DNA of 64,000 nucleotides from Spironucleus salmonicida (lineage: Eukaryota), in NCBI RefSeq assembly GCF_000497125.1, contig NC_090598.1, positions 1,302,001 to 1,366,000 on the forward strand, written 5' to 3'. The position numbers and the translations under genes were made by a program. Each line of letters opens with the position of its first letter. The stretch's first letter is position 1. The notes beneath the pieces were generated by a model. It saw only the letters and a list, made by a program, of their open reading frames with translations, did no database searches and had not been told where the DNA came from. Of this stretch, positions 61,544-64,000 are shown piece after piece.

Positions 61544-64000
61544 ATGACTGCATCAAGTACTAATTAACAATTTGAGATCTCTCTTAGTTCTACTATTGTA
61601 TCTAATCTTGTGGTGGCTATTATTGTTATGCTTATTTTCCCCCTAATTAGATATTTTTTCCCATCTATTTACTCACCATTGCATTATCTTCCTCATAAAA
61701 ATACAGGCCCAATAGGAGAAATATTTTGGTATATTGATATGTTCAAATAACCTTTATCTGTTTTTGCTTAGAGAGGAAATCTTACGTTAATATTTGCTTT
61801 ATTTTAAAATCTTTTACTATTGTTGTTTACCTTCATTGCGCTTATTTCTGCATTATTTTTAATACCAGCATATTATACTGGAACGGATTAATAATTTAAC
61901 TCTCATTATTTAACAATATGGTCAAAAATGTCTCTATAACATCTTGAAGAGGGTTCAATTTTAGTTCTAGTATCTATAATATCTTGTGTTTTAATTACAT
62001 TATCAGTTTTATTCTTTTACTAATAATTTGTTTTAGTTTATATACATTTTAGATAGAAAACATTTAAAAGAGTTATTCCTTAAAACTTTGTAGTTATGCT
62101 TAGCAACTTACCTCCAGATGTTGACAAATATGATGAACTTAAAACTATGATAGATCCAATATCTCAAGGAGTAATGAAAATATTACCTATACCACCTAAT
62201 TCAAGATAATTAACTTTAAAGGCAAATAAGCTTAAAAGTATTTCAAGGAAAATCATATAGATGAAATATCATTAATAAAAATTATCTAGTTAGATTTTAG
62301 AAGCTAAGGCAAGATATCACCTTCAAAAATCTAGCGATAAGGGGTAATTCAAAAAAGAAACTCTTAAACTTATAGCAAAATTCAATAATTATGGTAAAGA
62401 TATATTAAAGGAAATTCTCAAACAAAAAAAGATTAAAAAGGATATCACAATAGATTTACATAAATTAGGTATTAAAGCAGATTATTTTTAAGTTGACGGT
62501 GTCTATCCTCCACATCTTCCATAATAAATTGAAGAATGTTTTATTGTATTACGTAGAAATTAAGAACCAATGTAAAATGCTTTCTAAATTGAAAAGTATC
62601 TCAATACCTAACAAAAAAGATAGATTAAATAGCTTTATTTATATTCTAGTGATAATAAGGTTGAAAAAAAATAAAAAATTGGATCATATGCTTTTTTAAT
62701 TTGTAAAAGTCAGTAAATCGCAGCTGAAAAATATACAACTCTTATTGATACTGATGCTAAACGCCCTGAGGCATCTATTGCTCCAGCTGTATCTGATATA
62801 AATTGGACAAATCTTTCAATTTCTACAAAATCTAGAAAGTACCGTATGTTTGGTTTTATTTTAGCACTTTTAGTTTTATTTGTGGTATATTTTTTTGTTT
62901 AGGCGCTTATCATGAGAGAGTTGTAGAAAATTTCAGATGATTGGGTACTAGCGATTTATTCCGGGATATGCAGATTTAATTGTCCTACATTAACTATATA
63001 AACTTTATAGTCACAAGTACTAGGTATATGTGGTATATGTCATAAGGTATCAACTATGTTAGTAACTTTTCTTCCTACTATTGTCAATGCATTGCTTATG
63101 AGCTTATTGCCTATCTTGCTGTCTTTTACCATTGATATTTTAGGATTGGCTTCGAAATAAGACGCTAACGAATTAATGTACAATATCTTATTTCTGTTTT
63201 TAATTTTAATATAAGGAATTGTTTAAATTGTACTCCCTACTGCTATTCAGCCTGAAACAGGGTCTTTTAATATTGATTAAGTAGTCACCTTTTCAATTTC
63301 ATAGTTTTTTACATAATTAGGACAAAATCTTCCAAATTAGACATTTGTTTTCATTAATTACATTATTTCAAAATATTTCTTATTTCCAGTTATTGGTCTC
63401 TTTAATTTTCCAGTAGTAATATAAAATATTATATATAGAATTGTTTCCAAAAATGCATTAGAACTAGTGGAAAATTTGAAAAAATCAACATTCAATTATC
63501 CAAAGTAATTAGCATATATAACACATATGTTTGTTGTTGGATTTATTTTTGCAATTATTGCGCCATTCACTAACATTATTGTGCTATTTACATTTATTAT
63601 GATGGTTATTACTGATAGATACCATGTGCTTTATATTGCGGGGCCTTCTCCATCAACTGAGTTAACTCCATAATCAACTCTCATAAAATCAGTATCCTCA
63701 AACATATTTATTGGACTGATTTTTATGTAAATCAGTACGTTTGCTTTCTTACTTTAATACTAAGGAACTATTTATCTATTAGGGCTAATAGTTATTGCAG
63801 TTTGTTTTGCAGGATCTGTGGCCTATAAAATTTAATTCGATAAAAGATATAAGAGAAGCTTAATTGAATTAGCCAGAGGTAATTATATAGATAAAAGCTC
63901 TTTAACAATTAATCCAGCAAGCAACTATAATGGTTATGAAGATAATACAGAGAATATTAAGGGGCAGTCCCGATTAGAGAAAACAGCAGAGAATAAAAAT
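61544..64000 (+). CDS. OSCA/TMEM63/CSC1 (RSN1_7TM) cation channel, partial (runs off window end)
   Basis: N-terminal TM then IRYFFPSIYSP; YAFL; APAVSDINWTNL; FNYPKQLA; AIIAP; DRYHVLY. Confidence 0.85.

Noticed and set aside
1-64000. Mass pseudogenisation suggested by frequent in-frame TAA/TAG
   Set aside because: These codons fall at conserved Gln sites, and frames stay open for kilobases until TGA. This is a variant genetic code.

Overview
This window is eukaryotic DNA: AT-rich, gene-dense and apparently intron-free. It uses genetic code 6 (TAA/TAG = Gln, TGA the only stop), so the supplied standard-code ORF track fragments nearly every gene. The code, the very short intergenic gaps, AGTGA at many gene ends and the gene content point to a hexamitine diplomonad (Spironucleus/Hexamita-like); this is an inference. 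Re-reading by hand gives about 45 CDS. They include a kinesin, NEK and SRPK kinases, a CHY/RING E3, an inositol 5-phosphatase, a CenH3-like histone, several axonemal microtubule-associated proteins, a classical PTP, a Ubc6-type E2, a Slo-like K+ channel, an LPCAT-type acyltransferase, RPL31, a syntaxin, DCC1, an SGNH hydrolase, an OSCA/TMEM63 channel and several giant coiled-coil proteins. The most striking structure is two interleaved pairs of near-identical inverted repeats (9319-10073/28917-29671 and 14528-16121/32311-33904). They are GC-rich islands (about 60-65% in sampled lines, against about 33% or less outside) and their edges fall inside genes. The larger pair truncates its flanking genes reciprocally, as expected if the ~16 kb between the copies has been inverted. 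Together this suggests repeat-driven, GC-biased gene conversion with inversion. All coordinates and translations were derived by eye, and long CDS were spot-checked rather than read in full.
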